From: Prochlorococcus sp. AG-679-M23 | GTDB taxonomy: Bacteria > Cyanobacteriota > Cyanobacteriia > PCC-6307 > Cyanobiaceae | Direction of reading: 5' to 3' | DNA length: 64,000 nucleotides | NCBI GenBank assembly: GCA_003208875.1 | Contig: QCUR01000002.1 | Location: 64,001 to 128,000 of the forward strand | Shown here: in pieces, positions 1 to 10,173 of the stretch | How the letters are laid out: each line of letters starts with the position of its first letter | How positions within the stretch are numbered: the stretch's first letter is position 1 | Made by a program: the position numbers and the translations under genes | Notes under the pieces: model-generated | Database searches by the model: none | The model's input: only the letters and a program-made list of their open reading frames with translations | Told to the model about the DNA's origin: nothing

Positions 1-69
1 TACCACATCACCATCTCTACCAAGAGTGGCAACTGATTCTGTTAAAACGACTTTTACTCTTTTAGCCAT
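1..69 (-). CDS. rplI: 50S ribosomal protein L9, N-terminal part (runs off window start)
   Basis: Not in ORF track; reverse strand from ATG at 69 reads MAKRVKVVLTESVATLGRDGDVV, the typical L9 N-terminus. Confidence 0.9.
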   Translation of the reverse strand, partial: MAKRVKVVLTESVATLGRDGDVV

Positions 70-89
70 GAAAATATTTATTTATATAT

Positions 90-1028
90 TTAATAATAAG
101 ACCTAGAGGGTAATTTTACTTTTTTTGCGAATCCTAATTTGGCAAGAATCTTAATATGTTCCCATGTTAAATCAATTTGGCCTCTAAATAATCCCTGTCT
201 AGCTGAATTAGGAAATGCATGATGATTATTATGCCATCCTTCTCCAAATGTTAAAGCTGCAACCCAAGCATTATTTTTTGATCCATCGCCGCTTTCAAAA
301 GGAGCTTTTCCCCAACAATGGGTAGCTGAGTTTACTAACCACGTAATGTGATAAACCACTACAAGTCTTAGAGGTATTCCCCATAATACTAATGCCCAAC
401 CTCCAACACCTAATTTTTGCCCTATTGCATACAAACATAAGCCAATAGGGATTTGTAAAAACAGAAAATATTTATTAAGGAATCTATAATATGGATCTTT
501 AATTAAATCTGCACTTAATTTTGGTACTGCCTTTAATGCCTCAACATCTTTAAACATCCAACCCATGTGACTCCACCAAAATCCTCTCTTACTATTGTGA
601 TGATCAACTTCTGTGTCTGAGAAAGAGTGGTGGTGCCTGTGTAGACCAACCCAATCTATTGGTCCATGCTGGCAGCTGATAGCTCCACATGTAGCAAAAA
701 ATCTCTCCAACCATCTTGGGACAACAAACGATCTATGGGAAAGTAAACGATGATAACCCAAAGTGACTCCAAGACAGGCAGTTAACCAGTAAAAGAAAAA
801 TAATGCAGTTACTGCAGGCATGCTCCAAAACTGAGGTTGTAATGCCACTAAGGATAATAAATGGATGGCAATCATGAAAAAGATTGTTCCCCATGTTTTG
901 TGTAATCTTGGAGGATATCTCTTAGAGTGACTAGATGGTTCAAGTAATTTATCCGAAAGTTCTATAACTTTTTCTGCAGGGACAGGTTTTTTTAATTTGG
1001 CTGTTTCTTGGAAGATAACTGATTTCAT
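90..1028 (-). CDS. desC: Acyl-lipid delta-9 fatty acid desaturase
   Basis: His boxes HRLLSH, HRHHH, HNNHH and GEGWHNNHH; start probably ATG 1028 (MKSVIFQ), ORF track extends to 1076. Confidence 0.9.
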   Translation of the reverse strand: MKSVIFQETAKLKKPVPAEKVIELSDKLLEPSSHSKRYPPRLHKTWGTIFFMIAIHLLSLVALQPQFWSMPAVTALFFFYWLTACLGVTLGYHRLLSHRSFVVPRWLERFFATCGAISCQHGPIDWVGLHRHHHSFSDTEVDHHNSKRGFWWSHMGWMFKDVEALKAVPKLSADLIKDPYYRFLNKYFLFLQIPIGLCLYAIGQKLGVGGWALVLWGIPLRLVVVYHITWLVNSATHCWGKAPFESGDGSKNNAWVAALTFGEGWHNNHHAFPNSARQGLFRGQIDLTWEHIKILAKLGFAKKVKLPSRSYY

Positions 1029-1104
1029 AATATTGGAGAAACTATTTTCAAAAAGACCGATATGTAATATTATCATACTATACTATTGATTATTTTAATT
1101 ATCC

Positions 1105-1812
1105 GTGAGCTTAGGATATCGCGATAAATTATTGAAGGGTCGAAGAGCGATGGCTCATTTGATTCATCTTTGGCATGAGAGGAATGGTTGGTCTCACAGG
1201 GTTTTACCCTTGCTGTCTGAAATACTTGATTTAGGAAGAGTACATAATTCTCAGATTTCAAATCTTAGAAACGGAAAGTTATCATCGCCTGGCCCGGAAG
1301 TTTTTCTTGCATTAGCACAGGTCAATACGATTCTTGATCAAGGCATAGAATCGATAAGGGATCAATTAGAGAAGAATCATCCAGAATTATGGAGGTCATT
1401 ACAAGATTCTGCTCTTCCATTAAAAAATGATGCTGATAATCCTTTGTCAGCTGGAGAATTATTTGAAATTTTTTCTGGATTAAAACCGCTCCCATTGTCA
1501 TTTGATTGGTATATAGAGGATTCTGAAGCGTCTGCGTTAAGTGATGCTCTTTCTGATCATTTTTGTCAAAATAGGCCCTGGAGATCTTGTAAAACAATCA
1601 TTATGGATGCGTACACAGTTTCTAAGACACTAAGAAGAGATCGTTTTGCAGAAGTGATAGCGGGAATAAAAGATTTTACAGCAGAAGAATTAGATGGTGA
1701 ATTGTTAGATCTTTACGAGACTTCAAAAAAACTTTCTTATTTCAATGGAGGAGGACCCAATGCTTTTCTCACATACTTAAGAGATATAGCTTCACAAAAA
1801 AAGAAAGTTTAA
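1105..1812 (+). CDS. Hypothetical protein with putative XRE/Cro-like helix-turn-helix
   Basis: 235-aa ORF (GTG start); segment WSHRVLPLLSE...HNSQISNLRNGKLSSPGPEVFLALA resembles an XRE HTH. Confidence 0.7.
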   Translation: MSLGYRDKLLKGRRAMAHLIHLWHERNGWSHRVLPLLSEILDLGRVHNSQISNLRNGKLSSPGPEVFLALAQVNTILDQGIESIRDQLEKNHPELWRSLQDSALPLKNDADNPLSAGELFEIFSGLKPLPLSFDWYIEDSEASALSDALSDHFCQNRPWRSCKTIIMDAYTVSKTLRRDRFAEVIAGIKDFTAEELDGELLDLYETSKKLSYFNGGGPNAFLTYLRDIASQKKKV

Positions 1813-1816
1813 GAGA

Positions 1817-3106
1817 ATGAAAAATAAAAATTATAATTTTAGCTTAGCCGAAGAAATGGTTATATCTGTGGAAGAAGGTTTAAAGGGTATTTTTAATGAA
1901 AGATCAAATCAAATCTATTACAAATTAAATAATATCTTGAAAATTTTTAAAGAAGAAAAAGTCTCAACTAGTCACTTTAATCAATCTACAGGTAGCGGAC
2001 ATGATGATTTATCTAGGCAAAAGATTGATGAGGTATTTGCAAAATTTTTTCTCGCAGAGAAATCAGCTGTCAGGATGCAATTTGTAAGTGGGACCCATGC
2101 TATAAGCTCAGTTCTTTTTGGTATTTTACGGCCAGGGGATTTAATGTTATCTGTAACTGGAACTCCTTACGATACATTGGAGGAAGTGATCGGTATAAGA
2201 GGAAAGGGTAAAGGTTCTTTATTAGATTTAGGAGTTGGATATCGTCAAATTAGTATGGATGAAAAAACAAGTTCCTACGAAGATAAACTAGTAGATTTTT
2301 TTAAACATAATAAATGTAAACTAGTATTTATCCAGAAAAGTTGTGGTTATAGTTGGAGAAAATCTTTAAATAATAATCAAATAAAACAAATCTGTAATCT
2401 TGTTCATTCACTTAATCCTGAGACTATTTGTTTTGTGGATAATTGTTATGGAGAACTTGTAGAAGATAGTGAACCAATTATTAATGGCGCAAATATAATC
2501 GCTGGATCTCTAATTAAAAATTTGGGTGGGACTATTGTTCCTACTGGCGGATACATTGCAGGTGATTCTGAATTAGTTGAAATGGCATGCTGTAGATTGA
2601 CCGCACCAGGAATTGGTGCCGATGCAGGAATTAACTTTGGTTTCGGAAGATTAATTCTGCAGGGATTATTTTTAGCACCACAAATGGTGCACGAATCTTT
2701 AAAAGGTGCTGATTTGGTAGCTGCAGTATTTAAAAAACTAGGTTTTATTGTTTTACCCGAGCCTAAATCGTACAGATCAGACATCATTCAAGCAGTTAGA
2801 TTAAATAATCCACACTTAATACAAAAAGTATGTCAGTCCTTTCAAAATTCTTCACCGATAGATTCTTTTTTAAATGTTATTCCTTCTCCAATGAGTGGTT
2901 ATGATTCAAATTTATTAATGTCTGGAGGAACGTTTATTGAAGGAAGTACAAGTGAATTTTCAGCTGATGCTCCTTTAAGAGATCCATTTAATATTTTTGT
3001 TCAAGGTGGTTCTCACATGGCTCACATCAAAATTGCTTTAATTCAATTAGTATTTGAGCTATTAGAAGAAAATCTAATTGAAAAGGAATCTCTCATTTTT
3101 CCATAA
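1817..3106 (+). CDS. PLP-dependent methionine gamma-lyase-like ('aluminium resistance'/YnbB) family protein
   Basis: Motifs FVSGTHAI, FVDNCYGE, AGSLIKNLGG, GTFIEGSTSEFSADAP. Confidence 0.88.
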   Translation: MKNKNYNFSLAEEMVISVEEGLKGIFNERSNQIYYKLNNILKIFKEEKVSTSHFNQSTGSGHDDLSRQKIDEVFAKFFLAEKSAVRMQFVSGTHAISSVLFGILRPGDLMLSVTGTPYDTLEEVIGIRGKGKGSLLDLGVGYRQISMDEKTSSYEDKLVDFFKHNKCKLVFIQKSCGYSWRKSLNNNQIKQICNLVHSLNPETICFVDNCYGELVEDSEPIINGANIIAGSLIKNLGGTIVPTGGYIAGDSELVEMACCRLTAPGIGADAGINFGFGRLILQGLFLAPQMVHESLKGADLVAAVFKKLGFIVLPEPKSYRSDIIQAVRLNNPHLIQKVCQSFQNSSPIDSFLNVIPSPMSGYDSNLLMSGGTFIEGSTSEFSADAPLRDPFNIFVQGGSHMAHIKIALIQLVFELLEENLIEKESLIFP

Positions 3107-3114
3107 ATTTTATT

Positions 3115-3504
3115 ATGTCTTATAAGTTTCCAAATTATCTAAAATATGCTGATACACATGAATATGTGAAGGAAGAAAATGGATTGTTTAAAATTGGTGT
3201 TAGTGAGTTTGCTATTGATCAATTAGGAGATATCGTTTTTGTTGAATTAGTCGAGAAGGGAACTAATTTACAAAAAGGAGAAACCTTTGGAACAATTGAA
3301 TCTGTCAAGGCTGTTGAAGAAGTATATCTTCCTTTTTCAGGAGAAGTGATTTCTGTAAATGAAGGAGTTATTGATAATCCAGAAATTTTGCAAAATGATC
3401 CAATTGGTGATGGATGGTTGTTAATTATTAAATCAGAATCAAATGTTTTGTTAGACGAATTAATGAATTCAGATGAATATAAATCAAAGGTTGTTCCGAA
3501 TTAA
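3115..3504 (+). CDS. gcvH: Glycine cleavage system H protein
   Basis: IESVKAVEE lipoyl-lysine motif; QLGDIVFVEL; NDPIGDGW. Confidence 0.97.
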   Translation: MSYKFPNYLKYADTHEYVKEENGLFKIGVSEFAIDQLGDIVFVELVEKGTNLQKGETFGTIESVKAVEEVYLPFSGEVISVNEGVIDNPEILQNDPIGDGWLLIIKSESNVLLDELMNSDEYKSKVVPN

Positions 3505-3550
3505 AGCAAATTTCTAAAAACCGGCTATTTTAAAGAAAAATAAATTAAAT

Positions 3551-6460
3551 ATGAATCCCAAAAGCAACTCGGATTTATTTATTGATAGACATCTTGGATT
3601 GAAGCCTAATGATGAAAAAAAGATGCTTCAGAAAATTGGTTTTAACAATATAGATGAATTTATTAATCAAGTTATTCCTGCAGATATTCAGTTAAAAGAA
3701 AAATATTCAGATGTTTTGCCAAAAGGATGTTCTGAAATGGAGGCATTGAACGAATTAGAAGAAATATCTAATAAAAATCATAAATTTAGATCTTTAATTG
3801 GACTTGGATATTACGGAACGCATACCCCTAAAGTTGTACAAAGGCATGTGTTAGAAAACCCCAGGTGGTACACCGCTTATACCCCTTATCAAGCTGAAAT
3901 TGCTCAAGGCAGATTAGAAGCTTTGTTTAATTTTCAAACTTTAATTTGTGAATTAACCGGTTTCTCTATAGCTAATGCATCTCTTTTAGATGAGGGAACA
4001 GCTGCTGCAGAAGCAATGACAATGAGTTTTTCTTCAAGGAAAAATAAGTCCTCAAATATTTTCTTAGTAGATGAAAATGTTTTTGACCATACATTTAATG
4101 TTTTATTGACGAGAGCTAAACCATTAGGAATCAAGTTAAAACGTTTTAACCAAAAGTACTTTAATAATCATGATGATGTTTTTGGTCTCTTAATCCAGCT
4201 TCCTGGTAAAAATGGAGATTTATTTGATCCAACATTTTTAATCTCCCAAGCTCATAAAGCAGAAATAGTTGTCACATCAATTATTGATCCTCTTGCGCAA
4301 GTTTTAATAAAACCAATAGCTCAATTTGGAGTTGACATAGCTGTAGGAAGTTTGCAAAGATTTGGAGTTCCAATGGGCTTTGGTGGTCCTCATGCAGCAT
4401 TTTTTGCATGTACTGAAAAATATAAAAGACTTATACCAGGAAGAATCGTAGGACAAACTCTATCTAGAAATGGAGAACAATCACTGAGATTGGCATTGCA
4501 AACAAGAGAACAACATATAAGAAGAGAAAAGGCGACTAGTAATATTTGTACAGCTCAATCTTTATTAGCAATAATATCTTCTTTTTATGCCATATATCAT
4601 GGGTCTTCAGGATTAACAAAAATGGCTAAGAGATTAGTTGTTTTAAGACGATATCTAGAATCTTTACTTTCTGAGTTAGGTTTAAAAATACCTCTTGGGA
4701 GTAGGTTCGATAGTTTTGATATTTACTGTGAGGAATCTGAAAAGATTCATAAAGAAGCTCTAAAAAACGGATTCAACTTTAGAATTTTACCTTTGGGTTC
4801 ATCGATTGAGGAATCTAAAGGATTTGGAATTTCCCTAGATGAGCTTACTGATAAAAATGAAATCCATAAGATAGTAGCTTGCGTAGCAAATGGGCTAGGA
4901 AGAAAAGAAGATTTAACGCACATTACACTTAATAATTGTTTTCAGTTTGAGGGTATTCCTCTAAGAGATAAAGAATGGATGCAACAAAATGTATTTGAAA
5001 ATTATCAAAGTGAGACTGATTTAATGAGATATATTTTTAAACTTGCTGAGAAAGACTTTTCACTGGTTGATGGAATGATTCCACTAGGAAGTTGTACTAT
5101 GAAATTAAATTCTGCAGCAGAGCTTAGTCCTATTTCATGGGCTAATTTATCCTCAATTCATCCTTTCGCTCCAGCTAATCAAACTAAAGGGTATTCAAAA
5201 ATAATAAGCGATCTTGAGATATGGATTAGTGACCTTATTGGCTTGAAGTCAGTTTCATTTCAGCCAAATGCAGGCTCTCAAGGAGAGTTTGCCGGTTTAT
5301 TGGCAATCAATTCTTATTTCGCTTCAAAAGGTGATTCATCAAGAAAAAAATGCCTAATTCCACAAAGTGCTCATGGAACAAATCCTGCTAGTGCGGTTAT
5401 GGCAGGGTTTGATGTTGTAACTATAAAATGTGATTCTGAGGGTAATATTTCTTATGAGGATTTATTAATTAAGGTCCAGGAATTTGATAATGAAATTGGT
5501 GCATTAATGTTAACTTATCCTTCTACTCATGGAGTTTTTGAATTAAAAATTAGAGAAATATGTGACTTAATACATTCAGTTGGCGCATTTGTTTATTTGG
5601 ATGGAGCTAATCTTAACGCTCAGGTGGGATTGTGTAAGCCTGGAGATTATGGAGTGGATGTTTGTCATTTAAATCTACATAAAACATTTTGTATCCCTCA
5701 TGGTGGCGGTGGTCCTGGAGTTGGCCCAGTTGCAACATCCGAAACTTTAAGTCCTTTTCTCCCTTCTCATTCGTTGAAAGATAATATTTCTAATTCATTC
5801 GGTTATTCTGTATCTTCTTCACAGCATGGAAGTGCAAGTATTCTTCCAATAAGCTGGATGTATATAAAGATGGTTGGTCAAAGTGGTTTAAGAAAGGCGA
5901 GTAGTCATGCAATATTGTCAGCAAATTATATCGCTAATAAATTAAAAAATAAATTTAAGATTTTATATAAAGGACAAAATAATTTTGTCGCACATGAATG
6001 TATTCTAGATTTTAGAGAGTTGAAGTCAAAAACAGGCTTAAGTGTTAACGATATAGCTAAGAGATTAATAGATTATAGCTTTCATGCTCCAACGATAAGT
6101 TGGCCAGTTCCTGAAACTATAATGATAGAGCCTACTGAAAGTGAAAGTTTGACAGAGTTAGATAGATTTTGTGAAGCTATGATATTAATAAACGAAGAAA
6201 TTGAAGAAATTGAAAATAATAGTAATCTCAGAAATAATAATTTAATTAGTAATGCGCCTCATACCATAAATGAGTTGATTTCAGATAATTGGAATTATCC
6301 TTATTCAAAAGAAAAAGCTGCATATCCGTATAAAGGTAAATTCGAACACAAATTCTGGTCTTCTGTATCAAGAATTGATAATGCTTATGGAGATAGAAAT
6401 TTAATTTGTTCTTGTAATGTCAACGATAAAGATTTTTTAGATGACAAAAAATGTGCATAA
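3551..6460 (+). CDS. gcvP: Glycine dehydrogenase (P protein)
   Basis: YTPYQAEIAQGRLE, REKATSNICTAQ, CHLNLHKTFCIPHGGGGPG; 969 aa. Confidence 0.98.
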   Translation: MNPKSNSDLFIDRHLGLKPNDEKKMLQKIGFNNIDEFINQVIPADIQLKEKYSDVLPKGCSEMEALNELEEISNKNHKFRSLIGLGYYGTHTPKVVQRHVLENPRWYTAYTPYQAEIAQGRLEALFNFQTLICELTGFSIANASLLDEGTAAAEAMTMSFSSRKNKSSNIFLVDENVFDHTFNVLLTRAKPLGIKLKRFNQKYFNNHDDVFGLLIQLPGKNGDLFDPTFLISQAHKAEIVVTSIIDPLAQVLIKPIAQFGVDIAVGSLQRFGVPMGFGGPHAAFFACTEKYKRLIPGRIVGQTLSRNGEQSLRLALQTREQHIRREKATSNICTAQSLLAIISSFYAIYHGSSGLTKMAKRLVVLRRYLESLLSELGLKIPLGSRFDSFDIYCEESEKIHKEALKNGFNFRILPLGSSIEESKGFGISLDELTDKNEIHKIVACVANGLGRKEDLTHITLNNCFQFEGIPLRDKEWMQQNVFENYQSETDLMRYIFKLAEKDFSLVDGMIPLGSCTMKLNSAAELSPISWANLSSIHPFAPANQTKGYSKIISDLEIWISDLIGLKSVSFQPNAGSQGEFAGLLAINSYFASKGDSSRKKCLIPQSAHGTNPASAVMAGFDVVTIKCDSEGNISYEDLLIKVQEFDNEIGALMLTYPSTHGVFELKIREICDLIHSVGAFVYLDGANLNAQVGLCKPGDYGVDVCHLNLHKTFCIPHGGGGPGVGPVATSETLSPFLPSHSLKDNISNSFGYSVSSSQHGSASILPISWMYIKMVGQSGLRKASSHAILSANYIANKLKNKFKILYKGQNNFVAHECILDFRELKSKTGLSVNDIAKRLIDYSFHAPTISWPVPETIMIEPTESESLTELDRFCEAMILINEEIEEIENNSNLRNNNLISNAPHTINELISDNWNYPYSKEKAAYPYKGKFEHKFWSSVSRIDNAYGDRNLICSCNVNDKDFLDDKKCA

Positions 6461-6590
6461 ATACTAGCGTTCTTCTGATTTTTTAGTTATCGTCAGATTG
6501 AATAAAAAATTTAATATTTTCTTATAGAATTTTTTTAAATTTTTTGATTAATATTATCAAGCATCAAATTTATTTGGGGTATTTGAAGCT

Positions 6591-6842
6591 ATGAGCAAAG
6601 ATTTTAAATCTGGTAAGGTCAAGCCTTTGCCTTTCAATAATTTGGATTTACCAAATTTTGTTAATAATTCCTTAGGGAATAATACAAAGGTAAATTCTGT
6701 TGAAGGTACTAATGTAATTAGAGTGCCATTTGGAAAAAGATTTCCTAAAAAACAGAGGCCCGATAAGAATCAAAATATAGCTACTTTAATTCTCCCAATC
6801 AATACATTTATGAATCCTACCCCCCCACCATATGTGGCTTAA
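6591..6842 (+). CDS. Small hypothetical protein (83 aa)
   Basis: Fills the gap between gcvP and convergent sqdX; ATG with purine-rich GGGG upstream; no family recognised. Confidence 0.7.
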   Translation: MSKDFKSGKVKPLPFNNLDLPNFVNNSLGNNTKVNSVEGTNVIRVPFGKRFPKKQRPDKNQNIATLILPINTFMNPTPPPYVA

Positions 6843-6853
6843 CTCATAGAAAT

Positions 6854-7987
6854 TTAGGAGATGTTTTCGAGTGTTTCTGAATAATATTTTTGTAATTGAA
6901 GTGTAGCTTGGTTCCAATTCCATTGTTCAGCTTCTTTCCTAGCTTCTTTTCTCATAGATTCTTTTTTATTTTTATCTGCAAGGATTTTTTTAGTAGCTTC
7001 AATTAAACTTCTTTCCCCATTGTCTTTTTCATCTGGGTCATATAAACAACCATTTATCCCATCATTGATAATATCTGGGATACCTCCTTTATTAGCCCCT
7101 ATCACTGGGCATCCTGCAGCCATTGCTTCCAACAATACTAATCCGAGAGTTTCTGTGCTTGATGGGAATAAAAATATATCACCAGATGCGTATGCACTGG
7201 CAAGCTCTTCACCAGACAAATAACCTATAAAATTTGTTTTTGTGTTTTCAAAAATCTTTTCCAACTGTCCCCTGTATGGACCATCTCCCACTAGAGCGAG
7301 ACATGCTCCGGGTATATTATCTAATACAGGTTTGATTCTTTCAATCTGCTTTTCTGCCGATAATCTACCTACATAAATCAAAAGTGAATCAGTCTTTTGA
7401 AATTTTCCAAATAATTTTTCTCTCATTTTTTCGCTTCTTAATTCTGGTCTGAAGTTTTCAGTGTCGACACCTCTTTGCCATAAAGCAGTCCTCTGTATTC
7501 CTTTATCTTCGAGTTCATTAACCATTGCAGTTGAGGTACAAAGATTTAATAAGGCTTGATTATGAGCTGCTTTTAACAATTCCCATAAAAGGGGTTCTAA
7601 CATTCCCATTCCGTAGTGTTCAAGATATTTTGGAAGATGTGTATGGTAACTAGCAATTAGAGGAATATTGTTTGTTTTTGCTAGCCATATGCCTCCAAGT
7701 CCAAGTACAGCAGGATTAACTACATGTACTAAGTCTGGCTTAAATTCTTCTAACTTATCAGAGACTGCAGGGCCAGGTAGGCCTAATTTTAATTCAGGAT
7801 ATAAAGGTAGCGGCATTGCAGCAACTCCTACTATTGTTGCTCCTTTATAAAAATCAGGACATCCTTCAGGACAAAACACTATAACTTCATCACCATTTTT
7901 TGTTAAAAATTCGATGGTTTTAGTTAGTCTTGTTACTATTCCGTCAACTTTAGGTAGAAAAGTTTCAGTAAAGAATGCTATTTTCAC
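6854..7987 (-). CDS. sqdX: Sulfoquinovosyldiacylglycerol synthase (GT4)
   Basis: FTETFLPKVDGIV start, ETLGLVLLEAMAAG GT4 motif; directly downstream of sqdB. Confidence 0.93.
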   Translation of the reverse strand: MKIAFFTETFLPKVDGIVTRLTKTIEFLTKNGDEVIVFCPEGCPDFYKGATIVGVAAMPLPLYPELKLGLPGPAVSDKLEEFKPDLVHVVNPAVLGLGGIWLAKTNNIPLIASYHTHLPKYLEHYGMGMLEPLLWELLKAAHNQALLNLCTSTAMVNELEDKGIQRTALWQRGVDTENFRPELRSEKMREKLFGKFQKTDSLLIYVGRLSAEKQIERIKPVLDNIPGACLALVGDGPYRGQLEKIFENTKTNFIGYLSGEELASAYASGDIFLFPSSTETLGLVLLEAMAAGCPVIGANKGGIPDIINDGINGCLYDPDEKDNGERSLIEATKKILADKNKKESMRKEARKEAEQWNWNQATLQLQKYYSETLENIS

Positions 7988-8014
7988 TTTTTTAAGTTAG
8001 ATATAAAACTATTT

Positions 8015-9208
8015 TTAATTAGTTTTTATTGCTTTAGCCTGTTTTTTCGTCCAAGTTGAAATACAAGGAATTCTTTTTTTATCACATCTCATAGAGTATT
8101 TTTTAGCTACTTCAACAACTTCTTCTAATAAGCCATTATCAAGAGTGGTGGGATTAAGTCCCAATTCTATGAAGCATTTATTATCAACTATTAAATCATT
8201 TTCGACGGCTTCATTTCGAGGATTTGGTAAATAATTGATTTCGGCTCCAGTAAGAGAAGCAACTTTTTTAGCTAATTCGCCAACCTGGTGACTTTCTGTC
8301 ATTTGATTGAAAATTTTTACTCTTTCGCCAGATTGAGGAGGATTTTCTAGAGCTAGTTGGACGCATTTTACTGAATCTTTTATATGTATAAAAGCTCTTG
8401 TCTGTCCTCCTGTCCCATGAACAGTAAGGGGATATCCGATTGCTGCTTGCATAAGAAATCTATTTAGAACAGTACCGTAATCTCCGTCGTAATCGAATCT
8501 ATTTGTCAATCTTGGATCTTTTAATGTTGTTTTTGTATTTGTGCCCCAAACAATGCCTTGATGTAAATCTGTAATTCTAATTAAGTCGTTTTTATTGTAA
8601 TAAAGAAATAATAGTTGATCTAATGTCTTTGTCATATGATAAACGCTGCCAGGACTGGCGGGATGAAGAATTTCTTCTTCAAAACGACTTCCATCCGGTT
8701 GAGGTACTTCAACTTTTAAATAACCTTCAGGAATTGTTGCGCCTCTATGTGATCCATATCCATATACTCCCATGGTTCCTAAATGAACAATATGAATATC
8801 TAAATTACTTTCTACAATTGCTGCAAGTAAATTGTGAGTGCCATTCACATTATTATCAACTGTATACCTTTTGGTATAACTTGATTTCATTGAGTAAGGT
8901 GCAGCTCTTTGTTCAGCAAAATGTACAATAGAATCAGGTTTTTCTTCAATAAGTAAATTTAGTAATTTTTGATATTGTTTCGAAAGATCAATATTGATAA
9001 ATTTTATTGGTTTTCCACCGGTCTCTTCCCAGGCAGAAAGTCTTTCATTTATAGAAGAAATTGGGGTTAACGATTCCACTTCAAGATCAATATCTATTTT
9101 TCTGCGACTTAGGTTGTCAACTATAATTACTTCATGATTTTGTTCTGCTAAATTCACCGCACAAGGCCAACCGCAAAAACCATCTCCGCCAAGAACAATT
9201 ACTTTCAC
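8015..9208 (-). CDS. sqdB: UDP-sulfoquinovose synthase
   Basis: GGDGFCGWP, HFAEQRAAPYSM, LGTMGVYG, YHMTK. Confidence 0.97.
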   Translation of the reverse strand: MKVIVLGGDGFCGWPCAVNLAEQNHEVIIVDNLSRRKIDIDLEVESLTPISSINERLSAWEETGGKPIKFINIDLSKQYQKLLNLLIEEKPDSIVHFAEQRAAPYSMKSSYTKRYTVDNNVNGTHNLLAAIVESNLDIHIVHLGTMGVYGYGSHRGATIPEGYLKVEVPQPDGSRFEEEILHPASPGSVYHMTKTLDQLLFLYYNKNDLIRITDLHQGIVWGTNTKTTLKDPRLTNRFDYDGDYGTVLNRFLMQAAIGYPLTVHGTGGQTRAFIHIKDSVKCVQLALENPPQSGERVKIFNQMTESHQVGELAKKVASLTGAEINYLPNPRNEAVENDLIVDNKCFIELGLNPTTLDNGLLEEVVEVAKKYSMRCDKKRIPCISTWTKKQAKAIKTN

Positions 9209-9374
9209 TCAAAACTCCAGAATTAAAATGTAATTTTATATTTATTAAATTACTACAAAGTGCTTCCAAAATGCGAAAAAAGATTATAAAAAGTTTCAAA
9301 TCTTTTTTCTTTAATTAATAAATTGGTTATTGTTGCAATTTTTTTAATATTAAAATTATTTTTTAAGAATCAAA

Positions 9375-10172
9375 TTACTTTATTGATATGTTTTTTTGAG
9401 GTGAACTAGCGCTTGCTAACTTCTGCTTCTCAATTCTTCCAGCTAAAAAAGCGTCCCTTCCTGCTTTCACACCATAATTCATCGCTTTAGCCATTTTTAA
9501 CGGGTTTTGAGCTAATGCGATAGCACTATTGATTAGAACTCCATCTGCTCCAAGTTCCATAGCCTGAGAAGCTTCACTAGGTACACCTATTCCGGCATCA
9601 ATTATTACTGGAATATTAGAATTTTCAATAATAATAGATATATTAGATAAATTTAAAAGGCCTTGTCCGGAGCCAATAGGTGACCCTAATGGCATCACAG
9701 TTGAACAACCTATCTCTTCTAACTTTTTAGCTAATATTGGATCAGCATTTATGTATGGAAGAACAATAAAATTTTTATTTATCAATATCTCAGCTGCTTT
9801 AAGGGTTTCAATAGGGTCAGGCAATAAATATTTCTTGTCAGGAATAACTTCTAATTTAACGAAATTATTTTCTTCTTGACCTGATAATTTGGCAAGTTCT
9901 CTTCCTAAAATTGCTATTCTTATTGCTTCTTCTGAATTGGCGCAACCAGCAGTATTAGGAAGCATCCAGAATTTTTTCCAGTCAATTTTTTCCAGTAAAT
10001 TTTCACCATTTTGATTATCTTGAATTCTTCTTACTGCGACAGTAACTATTTCAGATTCAGTATTCTCTAAACTATCTATCATTACTTCTGAAGACTTATA
10101 TTTTCCTGTACCAACCATCAACCTACTTGAGAAGCTTTTACCTCCAATTTGTAAAGATGAATCCTCTTTCAT
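9375..10172 (-). CDS. thiG: Thiazole synthase
   Basis: [40 protein letters not shown]. Confidence 0.97.
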   Translation of the reverse strand: MKEDSSLQIGGKSFSSRLMVGTGKYKSSEVMIDSLENTESEIVTVAVRRIQDNQNGENLLEKIDWKKFWMLPNTAGCANSEEAIRIAILGRELAKLSGQEENNFVKLEVIPDKKYLLPDPIETLKAAEILINKNFIVLPYINADPILAKKLEEIGCSTVMPLGSPIGSGQGLLNLSNISIIIENSNIPVIIDAGIGVPSEASQAMELGADGVLINSAIALAQNPLKMAKAMNYGVKAGRDAFLAGRIEKQKLASASSPQKNISIK

Positions 10173-10173
10173 T

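Noticed and set aside
1064..1078. NtcA-like site between desC and the HTH gene
   Set aside because: Spacing is GTA-N9-TAC, not N8
9209..9374. Possible small gene or sRNA between thiG and sqdB
   Set aside because: Very AT-rich, no convincing ORF or stable hairpin; more likely the sqdB promoter region
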